This document shows positions 23,710 to 38,200 of a stretch of DNA of 64,000 nt, piece after piece (the stretch's first letter is position 1; the number at the start of each line of letters is the position of its first letter). The notes under the pieces are model-generated. The model was not told the origin of the DNA. It did no database searches and saw only the letters and a list, made by a program, of their open reading frames with translations. Source of the DNA: Geosiphon pyriformis uo1 (lineage: Eukaryota; Fungi; Glomeromycota); the NCBI GenBank assembly GCA_016748015.1, contig JAAOMT010000276.1, forward strand, positions 62,001-126,000, given 5' to 3'. The translations under genes were made by a program, and so were the position numbers.

Positions 23710-26700
23710 ACATATATAAAATTAAATTATTATAATGTTTTTAAAATTTATTAGAGATATTAAATAAATTAATAGCTTTATTATTAAAAAGCAATATAAT
23801 CATATTAAACATTTTATTAAAACTAATGGTATTTAGAATTTAAAAAAATATTATTATTTACATAATTTAAGAGCAAATATTAATATTGTTAAAATTTTAA
23901 AATACTATTCAATACTATTTTTTTTTTATTTAACTTTTTATAATATTATCTACTTTTAACTTAATTTTATTAGAATTTAAAACTAATTTATTATTTACTA
24001 TTAAATAATCAAAAACCACTTTGCAAAATAAGTATTTTAAAACATTTTTAATTATGTGTTTTTTATTGATTACAAAATTCTTTATATGTTTAAATATAGC
24101 AAATTTAATTTTAAATTTTTTTACTCTTATTAATTTAACATATTTGAATGTGTAAAAAAACTTTTTAACACCAAATAACTTGAACCAAATATTATTAAAA
24201 ATAGCATATATATCTATAAAAACTTAAATTTTGTTAACTTTAATCTTATTAAAAGACAATTAACAGTTTATTAAAAAACAAACTTAGCATTAAATTTATT
24301 TTATAAAGCTTTAATAATTTTTAATACCAAAATTTTTAATTTATATAATTTGGAAAAAAGCTTAGTAAAAATATTATTATACTTTTTATGTTATATTTTA
24401 AAAAACACTTTATTTATCAAAAAACATATTATTTTTCAAACAGTATTTTACAAAGTATTCAAATTTAAAATTTTTTTAAAATATTAAAATTATTATAAAA
24501 CAATATAAAATTAATTAAAGTAGTATTCTTAAACTAAGTTTACTTAATATTATTTACATTTTTAATATTAAACTTTTAATAATTTTTGTTTATTTGTTTG
24601 TAAACAGAAAGTAAATATGTATTCAGAAATTTATTTAAACTTATAAAAACAAAAACAATCTAATGATTAGTGTTAAAAAAATTATTAATATTTATTATAC
24701 TTTTATTAATTACTGTATTAATAAGATTTGTAAAAACAAAAATAAAATTTATTGTTTTTTTACATCCTTGAAATTTTTTACATAAAAGTTTTAGCAATTA
24801 CATTTTTTATCAAAAAATTAACCAAATTCAAATTCAAGTATTTTTTAAAATTAATACTTTATTAAGAACTATTTTTAATAAAATTATTATTCAAAATTAC
24901 AAAAAAAAATTTATTAATAGTCTTAGCAATCAATATATTAATATTTTTAACTTAACTAAGACATATAACTTCAAAATAAAAACTAAAAATTTGTTTTTAA
25001 AAAGAACTTAGTAATAAAAAATAACTTTTCACTTCAGTAATTTTATATATATATCTAATTAAGTTATTATTTATAATAATAACAATACTAAAACCTAGAT
25101 AACTAAAATTTAAACCAAAAGTGTAAACTTAAATATCATTAAACTTATTTATAATTTACAAACAAATTTTGTTTTTTAATTTTAATTTTATATTACTTAA
25201 TTATATTTTTCTGTTTTATAAAACTGTTTATATCTCTAATATTATATGTGACAAATTTTTAGAAAAAAATATATATATACCAAAAACAAAAACCAAATCA
25301 TTAAATTTTGTTATTAAATTTATAATAAATATTAATAAATTATTTAATTAAACTTTTAATTTAACAAAGTCTATAAACACTAAAAAAGTTAATATTATTA
25401 TAATTTTGTTATTAGCAATTACATTCAAATTTATTATTATTATTATATTATTTATTTGATTTTGTAATAGAAAAATTACCAATAATTAACATCTAAAATT
25501 AAACTAAAAAACTATTAACACAAATATATTTAACTTTTTAGCTAATTTGTTAACATGTTTTGTAAAATTAATAAGATTATATTTTAATTTAGCAAATTAT
25601 AAATTCATATTACCAAACACTAATAAAAAAAAATATTGTATTAGCAAAACTAAAACTAAGAAGCCAAAAAAATTTTTAATATAAAATATATTAACAATTA
25701 AAGTTCAAAATTTGTTACCAAAAACTACTAAACATTGTTATTTATAGAATATAGGAATTATATTAGTATATAAATTAACCAATTAGAATGAAATACAGTA
25801 AAAGTAGAATTCCAGGATTCCTCTCAAAGAAATTGCAAAATTCCAAAATTTCAGGATTCTTCTTAAAGAATTACAGAATTTCAGAAATTCCAGGATTTCT
25901 GGTTAGAGAATTAAAGAATTTAAAGAATCTTATATAACAAAAATTATGTATATATAGTAGTAGTGTTAAAAGCAGAAAAGAAATAAAAAATTAAGAATCC
26001 TTAGATTAAAATCTCCAGTTCCAATTTTCTACCCATTTTTTCATATAATAATATTCTATAACTTAAAATAAAAAAACATCAAATATCAATAAAATACTTA
26101 TTATTATCATAATTCATCTTCCCACTATTAACAATTTATGTTAATAGTTATTAATACCTAACTATACTAAACCAATAACTTTTAATCACAGCTATTAATA
26201 AGATATTAACTTTTTTTGTCTTGGTTTATTTTTTTTTATGTTTTAATTTTATTTATTTATTTATTTATTTTGTTGTTGTATACTAATTAATTAAAAATTA
26301 AGCATTGAGTTATTAATGTCAAGGATTTTTTGATAAAAAACTTCTGTAAAAAAGTAAATACTTGAAATTAAGGATTACTTACCAAAGGATTGCTGGCCAC
26401 CAAGTCAAGAAAAAAATTGATAGAATCGCAATTCTGGGAGATTATTGAAACAACTATTGAATTTCTGTTCATTATACAAAGAACTCAACCAAAATCTTCA
26501 GATATGAAAACCTTTAGATATTACCAACTAGTAAATCAATTAAACACCAAATTATGAGTTTGTTATTTATTCTACTTACTCAAATAAGCACCTGTAATAA
26601 CATAAAATGAGAATTAACTTTTTTACATAAATTTTTATTAATTTAAATTAATTTAAACCTAACAATAAAACTATTTTTTACTTAACAACTTGTTTATTTG

Positions 26701-28700
26701 TTGTTAATTTGTAATTAATAGAAATGTAATCAAACTTATTACAAATTAAATAAATTGTTAAAGTTAAACAAAACCAACAAAATACAATACTTTTTATAAT
26801 TAAAACCACAATTACAGCTTTATTTTAACTATTTTTCAAATTAAAACAAATAGTAATACACTTAATATAAAAATAGTTCATAGAATTATAATTAATTATA
26901 TATGTTTTTCTATTAATTAAACCAATAAAATTCTAAAAATTATGAATAGTTGTGTCTATTAAAAAAATATAAAGCAAAATTTTGTAAACATTTTTAGTAT
27001 TTTATAATTATTTGTTAATATCTGTTTTAGTTATATAAATAGTATTCTTTTTAATTAGAATAAATTATTAAGATACTAAAAGATTAACTTGTTTTTAATT
27101 ATTAAATTTTATTATAGCTTTTTATTATAGCTTTACCAATTGTATTTTAATTGATTTAATAGTGCTATAATTAGTTAATACAGCTTGTATAGCTTTTATT
27201 GATATTTTCACAGAAATTTTTTTATAATTACTGTTCAATTTATGTAATATTTATTGGTTTTTTAAAATTAGTATTTACTATAATATTATAATTATTTGTT
27301 AAATTTACTGCAGTTATTATTACTTTTTCTAAAATAAAAAACACCCAAATTATTTACATTAAAAAAAAGCTTTTCAATAGTCTTTAATTTTTTTTGAGAT
27401 ATTTTTTTAATAATTGTTAAAAGATTAATATTTAAAATAAATAATATACAAACTAAAATATTAATTAATAACTTTAAAAAAAAACCCCCCCACTTAAAAC
27501 ATTATTATTATTATTATTATTATTAAAATTAATTTTAACAAAAAACTTTTTAAGAATTTATTTTATCATTATTTTTTTGGGTCTTTTGAATATTATATTA
27601 ATATTTTTGAAATTTAAGTTTTTTTTACTGTTAATATAAAACCTAATTTTTTTAATTAAGTATTTTTGTTTTATATTTATATTATTTGTTTTTATTATAT
27701 TGTTAATATTTAAATTTTAAGAAACAGTTCTATTTATATTAATAATTAGCTTCTTTAACACTTTATCTTTATGTTTTTTTTATGTTATTAGCTTTTTTAT
27801 AGCTAAATTAATACTAAATTTTTTCTTGATTTTTTTTATATTAAGATTGCTAATATTATTAACAGATTTATTATTAAAAAAAATTAAGAATAGTCATATT
27901 AAATATTAAGATATAAAAAACAGAAAAACTTTTTTCAAAAACTTTCTTTTTAGGGAATTTTGAATGTATAAAAAAAAATTTTATTAGTTTTATTTTAATT
28001 TTTTACTAATTTTTAATATATTTAGCTTTTTAAATTATTTAATTTTAATATTTAATTAAATAAAATAGTAAATTAAAATATTTTTTCTTATTATTTAATT
28101 TTAAAAAAAATTAATTTAAATTATTTTCTAAAAACATATTTTTATTGTTATAAATAATAAAAAATAATATAATATTATTTAAAATTAGTTCAAAAATTTT
28201 TTTAATAATTTATTAAGTTTATTAAATTTGTTTTTTTGTAATATTTATTTAGTAAATTATTTTTAACAGTTATAAAAAAGTTAATATTGTTTATATTAAA
28301 CTTGTTACTTAAAAACTTTTATGCTAATTTGTTTTTTTGTTATCTGTTTAATTATATATATTAAATTTTATAAAAATAGTTTTTTATTGGTTAATATTTT
28401 TAAAGCTCTTAATAATAATAATAATTACTATATTAAAGCTATTTTTAAATAGTTGAAATTTTTAATTAATTAATTAATTTTTTTGGTTTAAATATTGATT
28501 AGTATTGTATTTAAAAATTTTAACTTATATGTTTTTATAATAAATAGTGTTTTTTAAGTAATAAATTTTTCAAAAATTAAAGAACAGTTTTTAAGTGTTT
28601 TTTTTACTCTTTATTCTATTCAATTTATTTTTTACTTTACAACAATTTTATAATAAAAAAATATTTTAACAAAATAAAAATACATTATGAAAAATTTAAT
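23710..28700 (-). mobile_element. Ghost LINE remnant (ORF1 to endonuclease region), split by a solo LTR
   Basis: Extremely AT-rich; residual similarity to the ORF1 V..KEI stretch of the LINE at 48483-55286; boundaries approximate. Confidence 0.6.
25736..26599 (+). repeat. Solo LTR related to the element 1 LTR
   Basis: Resembles the reverse complement of 13-908, including GAATTCC repeats; TSD ACAT at 25732-25735 and 26600-26603. Confidence 0.88.
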
Positions 28701-28906
28701 AACTTTCCATTTGTGTATATTAATTTCAACAAAGTTGGTAATTAATTAAATTGGTTTAGTTAAAAAAAATCAATTTTGGGCGATGCGAACTTATCAAATA
28801 TTATGTCGTACTAAATCTGACGCGTTCTGAAATTCCTTGGGTTTGTCCTCGCAACTTTGATAACCTCTTACTTATCTTCTGCCCATGGTGATCAGCATAT
28901 TAGAGC

Positions 28907-29933
28907 ATGGATATAATCCTTCAAACAAAAACTGCAACTTCTTTATCCTATCCGGCCTCCGATTCCGGGCTTACAAATAGCCCACTACGACCACCACCAC
29001 TTCACTTACTTCCCTGCGAAATTAGCTATACAGGCCTCGCAAAAGTTGATACGTATTTTCTTATAGAAGAGGCAGAGGAGCCTAAAGCCGTGTACAACGG
29101 TAGTTTGGGACTTGCTTCTTCAGCGCCGTCCACAAACTTTTTGACTTCACAAACTTTGGCTACGTCTTCGTTTGTTGAAAATGAAGCTGATGAAAGAGAA
29201 TACCAAGGAAAACTAGAATTAAACTCGAGTTCTAATGGAGCTGAAGTTAATACAGGTTTCGATTCAGAGAAAACCGTAGACATTAGAGATAAGATGGTGG
29301 TTGAAGAGCTTGACGTGACAAAAATGGATATTGATGAAATTGAAAATAACCCAGATACTAAGGCAGACACAAGATCAGCATCCAAAGAAAAAGTATATTC
29401 TTCTTACTTTCGTGGCCGTAAACTAATCGGTCGTGAAGTTGTGCTCATAAAGGGATATGAAGGTAAAAGTTTCGTTGCTGAAAAAGAATATACTTATAAT
29501 ATACAATGTCATCTTAAACATCAACGCACTCAGGCTACATATTTGAAGAAACTGGAATGAAATCGAAATCATCATTTTCATCCACTTTACAAAAATCCCA
29601 GCTTCCAACACCTCCTGATATAATAAATTACGAAGACCCGATATCAGATTTGGATCTGGAAATATTAAAAAGGTCACAAAGTACAGACCAAGAAATGGTT
29701 CGTTGTTGGGAAGCTACGAGGAAATTTGACAGATTTGTTGTCTGGGGACATGACGAGCTTCCCGAACAATGGAATGATGATGTGATAAGGTCTTTGGAAT
29801 GGTTAGAAATTGCAAAAGCGGTGAGTTTAAAAATAAGATGAATTTTGGTCAATTCGAACATGGTTTTATTCTCCTTTTTATAATATCCCTGATATAGATA
29901 CATCAACCGACTCCTCCAGTAACTAAGGTATGA
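28907..29933 (+). CDS. RNH203: Ribonuclease H2 subunit C (3 exons: 28907-29462, 29534-29820, 29898-29933)
   Basis: HLLPCEI.Y.G.A.V..YF, YFRGRKL.G, F..FVVWGHD..P...D...R.LEW..IA.AIH; GT-AG introns keep the frame. Confidence 0.88.
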
Positions 29934-30245
29934 AAGGGGTTTGGTCGGATTTAGGGACTTTTATTTATTCCCTAAATAAATAAGTGCAAGATATTTCGAT
30001 TGATTCTTGCTTCCAAAATTTCTAATGGCAGGGGAAAAATCTCACCTATGAAATAAATTAAGATTGTAGAGTTGAAATGCTAATACTTTTTTAATCTTTT
30101 CTTATAGTTGCTGACATGAATTTTTAACTTATAAATTACTAACTCATCTAAATCCGAGATAATACCTCCTATCAAATCCATTATTTTTTGATTTTGAAAT
30201 TTCATTTCGAAAATCATAATTGCTTGTTCACAAGCCGCTCAATTT

Positions 30246-33200
30246 CTACTCATATTGAAAAAACCAATCTTGCTCTTCATCATACTTCCATTTAATCAAT
30301 TCGGTGCCTATTGGAACAATATATTGCTTCAGCTCGAGTTGAAATCAATTTCGTAATGGACGTAAATATCCTCTGCATAAACAACTTACCATATGGTTTC
30401 GGCTGCAGACAATACAGGCTATGTAACGGAACTTCAATGTTGGGTACTTTTTCCTAATTTCCTAGATTATTTAAGTACTGACTGGGATATCAGGTAATAT
30501 TGACATTCTGATTTTTCCTACCTTTTCAACATCAAGGAAATAAGCCAATAGGATGCGAAGCACGACTATTTACATAAAGAGAATTTTGATATAGATTTAC
30601 AGATTTGGAAAAAGATTTCATATCAACACAATTACCTTGATGTGTAACTATCAATATATTATCAGTCATTCGTTCTATCTCAACAAGCAATGGATTGATA
30701 CGATGTATCACGTCAAGGTAGGATTCCCCACCCATTCCTGGATATCTGATCGAAAAAATGGTGAGCCATTATGCAAAGGAGATTAAGTGGAAACCTGATC
30801 AAATTAGTGTCTTGAGAAAAGACTTTCCGATCATAACTGTTACTAACCTATAATAAAGTTTATTATTTTGACGCGCCTGGTACTCCTCAGGGAACATTTT
30901 TGAAATCTCTTGATACGTCATTTCCTCATATATACCCTTTGATTCCATGAATTTGATAAAATCAAGCATCTATGGAGATTGAAGCAGAAGTGAAATAAAG
31001 ATTAAATACCACTTACCGCATATATTTCGTTAAGGAATCTAATATGCTATTTGAAGTATTATATTGAGTGATTGAATATTTTAACAATGTCGTCGGAGAC
31101 AAAAATATAAAGAAAATGGTCTTCACCATAACATCAAATTCAGTAGGGGGAAATTTTTCCGCGGTCTGGATAGTACGTTTTAAAGAACTTGTCCATACGA
31201 GAAAATTTTTCTCGAGACGTGTTGGATTTGGGGTACTTGCTGAGAAAGAGGAATTAGGGTTACTTATATGATGGTCTTCAGCCTCTGTTGGATGTCGATT
31301 AACTTCTTTTTCTCGCCAGAAAAGCTTTTGAGTATGCATAAAGCGCGCCAAACATGCAGCATATTTTCGGCCTCGATCTGAGAGCTATTCAACATTGTGA
31401 ATTAATGTAAAATGAATTCAACGCGATATTATCAATAGATTACCGGTGCATCACCGCCTATTAATGATATGATGCATTAGTTTCAAAAGATATCGAAATA
31501 TTGTTCATACAACAGATTGAGCAGATTTAGAGTTTCATCTACCTATTCGTCCAATTACATTATCGGTACTCTCTCCATGTCTGGTCATCCAGATTTGACG
31601 ACCTGTATCAAAAGTAAATAGAAATTGGTTTAATTTCCGGTCTTGATACTATTTAATTATTAGATATGCGACCAGGTTGATTCTTCAAATCCTAGAGGAG
31701 CAATTATCAGCAGATAATTTAACAATTTGCTTTCTAGAATCGGGAGACTTTCAATTTTCCGACTTTCAAGGCTTAACTGAGATGAGGCTCCAAAGAAAAA
31801 ACGGTTCGAAAACTCACTGACAAGATTAAAATTCATAAGATAGAAAATGCATTGTCCGCTCAAGAATCCCTGTATATTATTAGCAATGACCTAAAAAATT
31901 TTTTGCAAAAGAAAAGTCAAAAACAAGAGAAAACCCACTTAAATACTGATCCAAATAATAAACCAAAATTTTAAAAGTCCAGTTGATTGATCTTTACCTT
32001 CTTTCCTACATTGATTAATTTACAATACTGCATGTCATTTTTTTCCTCCTCTTCGCTGATCGTCTCATAACAATCTTCGTAATTTTTTACACGTTTTTTA
32101 AAATCAGCGAGTGCATCGTCTGGATTCATGAGACGGTAATCTGGACCGGAAAGTTTGAGACGCATGTTGGCTTCAATGGTCTAGTGGAAAATCAATCATT
32201 TTATAAGGATTATAAATGAAAATGAGATTAATAGAAGGAATAATTTGATTTTATTAATATTTACTGTGGGGTCCGTACAAATAGACTCAATAAACAAAAC
32301 TTTAAATGAGTGTTCGCGCAAAACACGATTAAGAATCATTTTCCTATCGTCCAGTCCAGATTCAAATGAAAAATATATTAATAAAGCATCGAAATACATT
32401 CTTATAAAAAAACTTGATGCACATATAAAGTGTACCTTCTTTTTGTTGTAGAATTTGTAGCATCTAATAATTCGTAATTGAAAAGTTCAGATGGAGATCA
32501 TTTATGACAACTCAATCTGTGGATCTAATGGAACTCACCATGAATACCGACTCTTCCACCTTTCTTCAACCAACTAATGAGTTCATCTAAACATTCCATT
32601 GCCATTTCATCTCGAACTCTCAAGGCATCATTATTATGGGGATCAAAAAATGAGGCGCCATGATTCAACGACCCTCCAATTCTTTGCTGTATACTATGGG
32701 CCGTGTTACGCCGAATATTTCCGACATTGAATATCTTGAAGGGGTGATTCGAGGAAATTAAAATTTTGAAAAATTATTTAGTTTATTTTGATTATGTTAG
32801 AATTGTATTTTGCAAATATCAGCTTAGGGGTTGATATTTCAAGATAATGAGTTTTTTGTCACATGAATCTATAATTTCTTTAATGCCCAAATCTGCTTGA
32901 CATTCGAACTATACGTATATAAAGCCGAGTAATTCAACGCGCCCATCAAGTCGAAGTTGTTCCAATTCTAAACATATATCAGCCGCATCCAAATAATCCA
33001 TAATTAAAGCGCTCTATATATAAAGATTGTTGCTTTTCGAACCAATGGTTGAAAAAATCCGGATATTTGTCCATTTGATTAATAAATGTTGTTTTGCTCT
33101 TTTTCCATATTCTGAGCTTTAAATTTAGGAATCGAGTATCATTATTCTTAGTGCCCAAATAGTTTCACATAATGCACAAGCCTCTCTTCATTCTTTAAAT

Positions 33201-34144
33201 ATTCACCGAGAAAATTGGGCAAAATTAAAGTATTGTCCCAAAGTGAATCTGCATATCAAGCCTGTCCAAAAAGCCTTTCCGTTCTCCACTAAGTATTTCC
33301 TCAAAATGAGCGAACTAATATGCCTAGGTAAACTCGAAAACTCTAATCTGGTAATATATCCCAATGGGAAATCGTCTTGCTTGCTCCTGGACAAGCGACA
33401 TTCATTGAAGTGGCATGAAATGCTCGATGATGTATATGATTGGATATATTTCGTAAATTAGTTGGGAATATATGTTATTGGTTTACCTTAGTTTCATATT
33501 GACTAAAAAGAAAATTTTATTAAAAATTTAAGAAAGGCAGAAAATTGGGAAATAATTGAGGTACATACAGCCACGTCAAATATCGCTTTAGTTTTTTCAC
33601 AATATAACTTTTCCCTGCAATAAACAAGATGAACCGAGTTACTAAGTAATTTCCAAATAAATCGCAACATTCAATGTTGACTTACCACGCGCTGGAAGTC
33701 CGACTATTAGGAAAAATAATCTATGATTAAACATTCTGAGTGATCTAAGTAGACTTTTACCAACTTACCCATGACTACAACGAGTTTAGGGCCCATTTGT
33801 GGTGAAACGGTATTATTGTCTTGTTGCTGGGTTTGAGCTGTTGTAAAGTGGCAGAGGTCAATTTTTAATTTTGCGGCCTCAAGAGTTAATAATAACACTT
33901 ACAATTCAAAGATTTTGGCTGAACAATCCCTTGAAAAATTACAATTCAAGCTTTTATTAAGTAAATCAAGGTGATACTGAAAAACGCTCTAACAAGATAA
34001 TATCGCATCAAGCGTAAAACCTGGGACATCTAAAGAGTATCTATGTTTAAGAATAGGAACTTCTCGAGACTCAAAATCATCCTGGCCCTCACAGTCGCTG
34101 ACGTCTGAATCATTTGATAGATATCGTTTTATGAATCTCGCCAT
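30246..34144 (-). CDS. PFK26: 6-phosphofructo-2-kinase/fructose-2,6-bisphosphatase, multi-exon
   Basis: VVMVGLPARGKSY Walker A, FNVG..RR, FIESICTD, KLSGPDY, TRHGES, WTSSLKRT, GGESYLD, LIVTH; paralog assignment uncertain. Confidence 0.92.
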
Positions 34145-34305
34145 GGTTTCTGAGATAGAAAGGAATAATTTGACATCATAGATATACCTGACAATCACAA
34201 AGTGTAGATCTGAGAGATCTTAAATTATCAATCTAAGGTGATATGACTGATTTTGAGATATCCCATCGCAGATAGCTTAAAATTTTCTTTTAAAAATTTT
34301 TATGA

Positions 34306-34989
34306 TCAAAGAATGTTCATCAGTGCTACGGAACCTATAGATAGACCACACATGACCACTGGTGTCCACCAATTCCAAATAGGCCACACACATACACAAA
34401 GCCCTATAAACCCAAATAACATGGCGAACGCTGCGAATGGTATGAAACGACGCAATATGGGATCATGTTCCATAGCACCATAATTTGGTAATGGGGACCC
34501 GAGAAAGAATGGCCGGTAGAATTGCAAGTAGCAAAAAATGCCAAAGGTTGTTGACAGAGAAACCAAAGACATATAAAATAAAGGTCTAAGAGGAATTAAA
34601 CAAGAATTTCAGCATTGGAACTAGATTTAATAAAAGGTTTATTTACAGACTTCGGATTTTTTAAAGATTTGATTGAGCATTAAAAGATCAAGGATAAATA
34701 AATTGGACTTTCAATTCAGTCTTTGAATATATAGATTCTCTTACCTAAGGTATGATTTCTCCCACCCCAGAACCTCCACCACGCCATCGTACACTTCAAA
34801 CCACCATAAAATAAAAAAAGCAACAACGACCCATTTTATTGAGGCGTTGAAACGTTGAATACGTGATTTACGAGGTTTTCGACGTTGCGGTTCTGGGGTG
34901 GAGAGAAGTTCATAACCAACATCTACAAACCCTGGTGACAAATCGCCGTTACGATGGCGTACGTCTTTGAGGGAAACTGGAGCAGACAT
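34306..34989 (-). CDS. TMEM128-like four-TM membrane protein (exons 34745-34989, 34306-34585)
   Basis: Two ORFs joined by a GT-AG intron; hydrophobic segments and C-terminal VWPIWNWWTP motif. Confidence 0.7.
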
Positions 34990-35200
34990 TGAAAATTATA
35001 ACCTAGATCAATATTCTGACTTCATATAAACAACTAAATAAATAGATGTTTGCTCAAACTTGTCATCATTGTGATTATGATTTATTTTGTTAACCAAATT
35101 TAGAACATTTTGTCATGAGGATAATCCTAGAAGGAAATATCTGGCCTTTGGGTTTAGGATAGAATTATTATTTTTACTCAACGGTTCGAATTTTTTTCTG

Positions 35201-38200
35201 ATGCCTTTAATGAACCGGCGTACATACTTTCTATTTTTATGCTTGTTCATTTTCACTACAACCTTAAAATTCGTCTTCAAGGGAAATTTTAATAAAGGAC
35301 ATAATCACGCGTTTTTCACTCCGTCGTTGGGTTCGATCTCTAAAATCTCATTTGCGAAAAGATCCTTGCTGCAGTTTCAGGGTGAATCAGCCTTCTCTGA
35401 AATTAATACGACTACAGCGGAAAATCTTTACTTTGATCCACTAAAGTTACGCTTTGAGGTAGGCGTTTCATGAAAGAGTCTGGTCTTGGAAACGCAACTT
35501 TTTCTTAGTCGATTTCATAAGATTAGCGCTTCAAAGGGAGAACTTTAGGGATTATTCGTGGTGTGATTGAAATTTTCTCAAACAGCGTCATCAAGTTAAT
35601 TTTGTACGCTATATTGGAATCAATAACCATATTCTTAATCTGATGGAAACTGTAAATTCGCCATGAATTTATAAGAGCTAGATCAAATTACACCACGAAT
35701 ACATTGCCTATATTCTCCGGCCAACCCAAAACGTGAAAAATATGGAACGCTGGGAAACTTTGGGATCACATATTAAGACGCGTCCTCTTTTGGATTCATA
35801 CTTAAACAGTGTGACAACATATATGATCATAAAGACAAATGCGCATTCGTTCGAAGACATTGTAAAAAGTACTCCTCGGGCCTGTTCAACTATCTAGAAT
35901 TCTACTTTTGTGGATTAGATGCATTGAAGTTGATAATACTTTCGTTTCTTGTAAGTCTATTGTGTGTGGGTCTCTATTTCTCTTATTTTCTTTGCGATTA
36001 ATATGTTAATTACCCTCTATTGGTCTTATAAGTTCACTTGGCTGCTTTTCCTTTTCGGTTTCGTTGGGGTGGCAGCTTCTGATTTTTTTTGTCCTAATTT
36101 AAGTACTATTGCTGCAAAATTGAACCTTTCCGAGAGTATGGTAAATACTAGAATAATGGTTTATATTTAAAATTTTAAGTCTCATCAACAATTTTCATTA
36201 TAAACTCTGGGAATCGATGAAATGTTGACCTTGAAAAAGGCAGGTGTAACCTTTTTAGCATTCGGAAATGGATCACCAGATGTATTTAGTACATTTAGTG
36301 CCATGTCGAATTTTTCTGGATCTCTGGCTATTGGAGAATTAATTGGTGCTGCTAGTTTCATTTCGTCAGTAGTCGCCGGCTCAATGGCTGTGATAACACC
36401 CTTCCATGTAACCAGAGTACCATTCATCCGTGACTTATTATTCTTTACTGGAGCTATTCTTTTCCTTGTATGCATTATATGGGATGGAGAGATTCATCTT
36501 TGGGAGAGCGTCAGTCTTGTCTTATTTTACTTGATATATGTTAGTGTAGTAGTTGTGGGAACATGGTGGGTTAAACGTAATAAAAGAAGACGGTGGCTTG
36601 AACAGAAGGCTCGAGAAGAATATACACATGTGATGGAGGAAATTTTACCCGAAAACATAGGTATTGTTAATGAAGATTATGGTATAACCTGTCGTTTTGA
36701 ATTGTTTTTTTTTCATTTATTGATCATCTAAAACAACCTGAAAGATGAACAAGATGCTTATGGGTATGACGCCTACAGTGAAACCGATCTTTTGTTACCA
36801 GAGGGGGAACATGATGAGAACTTTCATGGAGCTTCAAGTCCTATATCAATGATGGCCCTCTCTCAGTATGGAGAGAATACAGAAGGAGATGCATATTTCT
36901 CACCATCTTCATTCATATCGGTCAACGAGGTTGTCGATCAAGCCCTCAGTTTTCATCATCACCCTTCTTCCACACGATCTACGGGGCGACCTTTACATCG
37001 TGGCATGAGACCTTCGCTTTTCGGTGCAATTGAGGTACATTTTTATTATAAAATGGCATTAAGTGTATAATTCCTGAATATTTTTTACTAAATTTGTTAT
37101 TCATTAATCAGTTTCGAGATGTGGTGAAATCTTTAAAATTAGATAGTAACGCCAGAGCTTTAGGTGTATTTGGTCGAAGCTACACTTTGGACTTTTATAA
37201 TGATGCTGCAACACCAAGGCCGGCGATTGAGAGAAGTCGAACAATGCCAAACTTCAGAAATTACGATCGGCGTCGGCGTATATCGTGGACAAGTGTTGGA
37301 GGTGCTTTAGAATCAATTAACCAATTAGCAAGTACCAACGATCATTCAATTTTAAGGCGTCATAGCACTACACCTGATATGCTGAGTAGTATACACAGTT
37401 CACCGGCTTTACTCCCCTCAAACGAGAACCATGAACCTTTAAATTTGCCCCCAGTATCTAAATCTGAATCACACCCCAAACCCAATCTCCCACGTCTCTT
37501 ATTGATTCCACCAACTCCTCAGCAAGGAAGAAGTCCTTTGTTATCTCCAAATATATATACTACCTCTCCAACGTCCTTTTCACCCGAAGCAGTTAATGAA
37601 TCGAGTCCTACACGATTTTCTTTCGAAGACCTACCCCCATTATCTCCTGTGTTACGTACACCACCTTCTCCACCACCACCTTCTCCCGAACCTTTATTCA
37701 CCTTTTTACCTGCTCCTAGGAAACCCATCTGGAGTCTTGTCCTTTGGGATAAGATTAGGCCAATTCTCTTTCCTTCTCTCACAGGATTCTCTCAAAAGTC
37801 ACTATTCGCAAAGCTAATTGCGTTGGTGGCATGTCCCGCTATCTTTGTCCTCGCTCTCACATTACCTGTTGTAGAAGCAGATGATTTGAATTCGCAGGAT
37901 GATGCAAAAAAGCATGATACAATATCTGGGACAGATCTGCGAAATGCGAGTCATTTGGAGCCTCCAATTATAAGGCTCGATAATCAAGATCTTATAATTG
38001 ACGATCCACCAGAAATCGAAATCAAAAATATTCGATGGAACCGTTGGTTAACTGCGATTCAGTTCTTTCTAGCCCCTGTCTTTATCGTAGCCGTTATAAC
38101 TTGTGAGTGTAGATCTCAAGGCTAATATCATAGACCTCAGCCAGATGAGATAAAGATTAATCTATGTACTTCATACTTCTACTATTTTAGTGGAACAATC

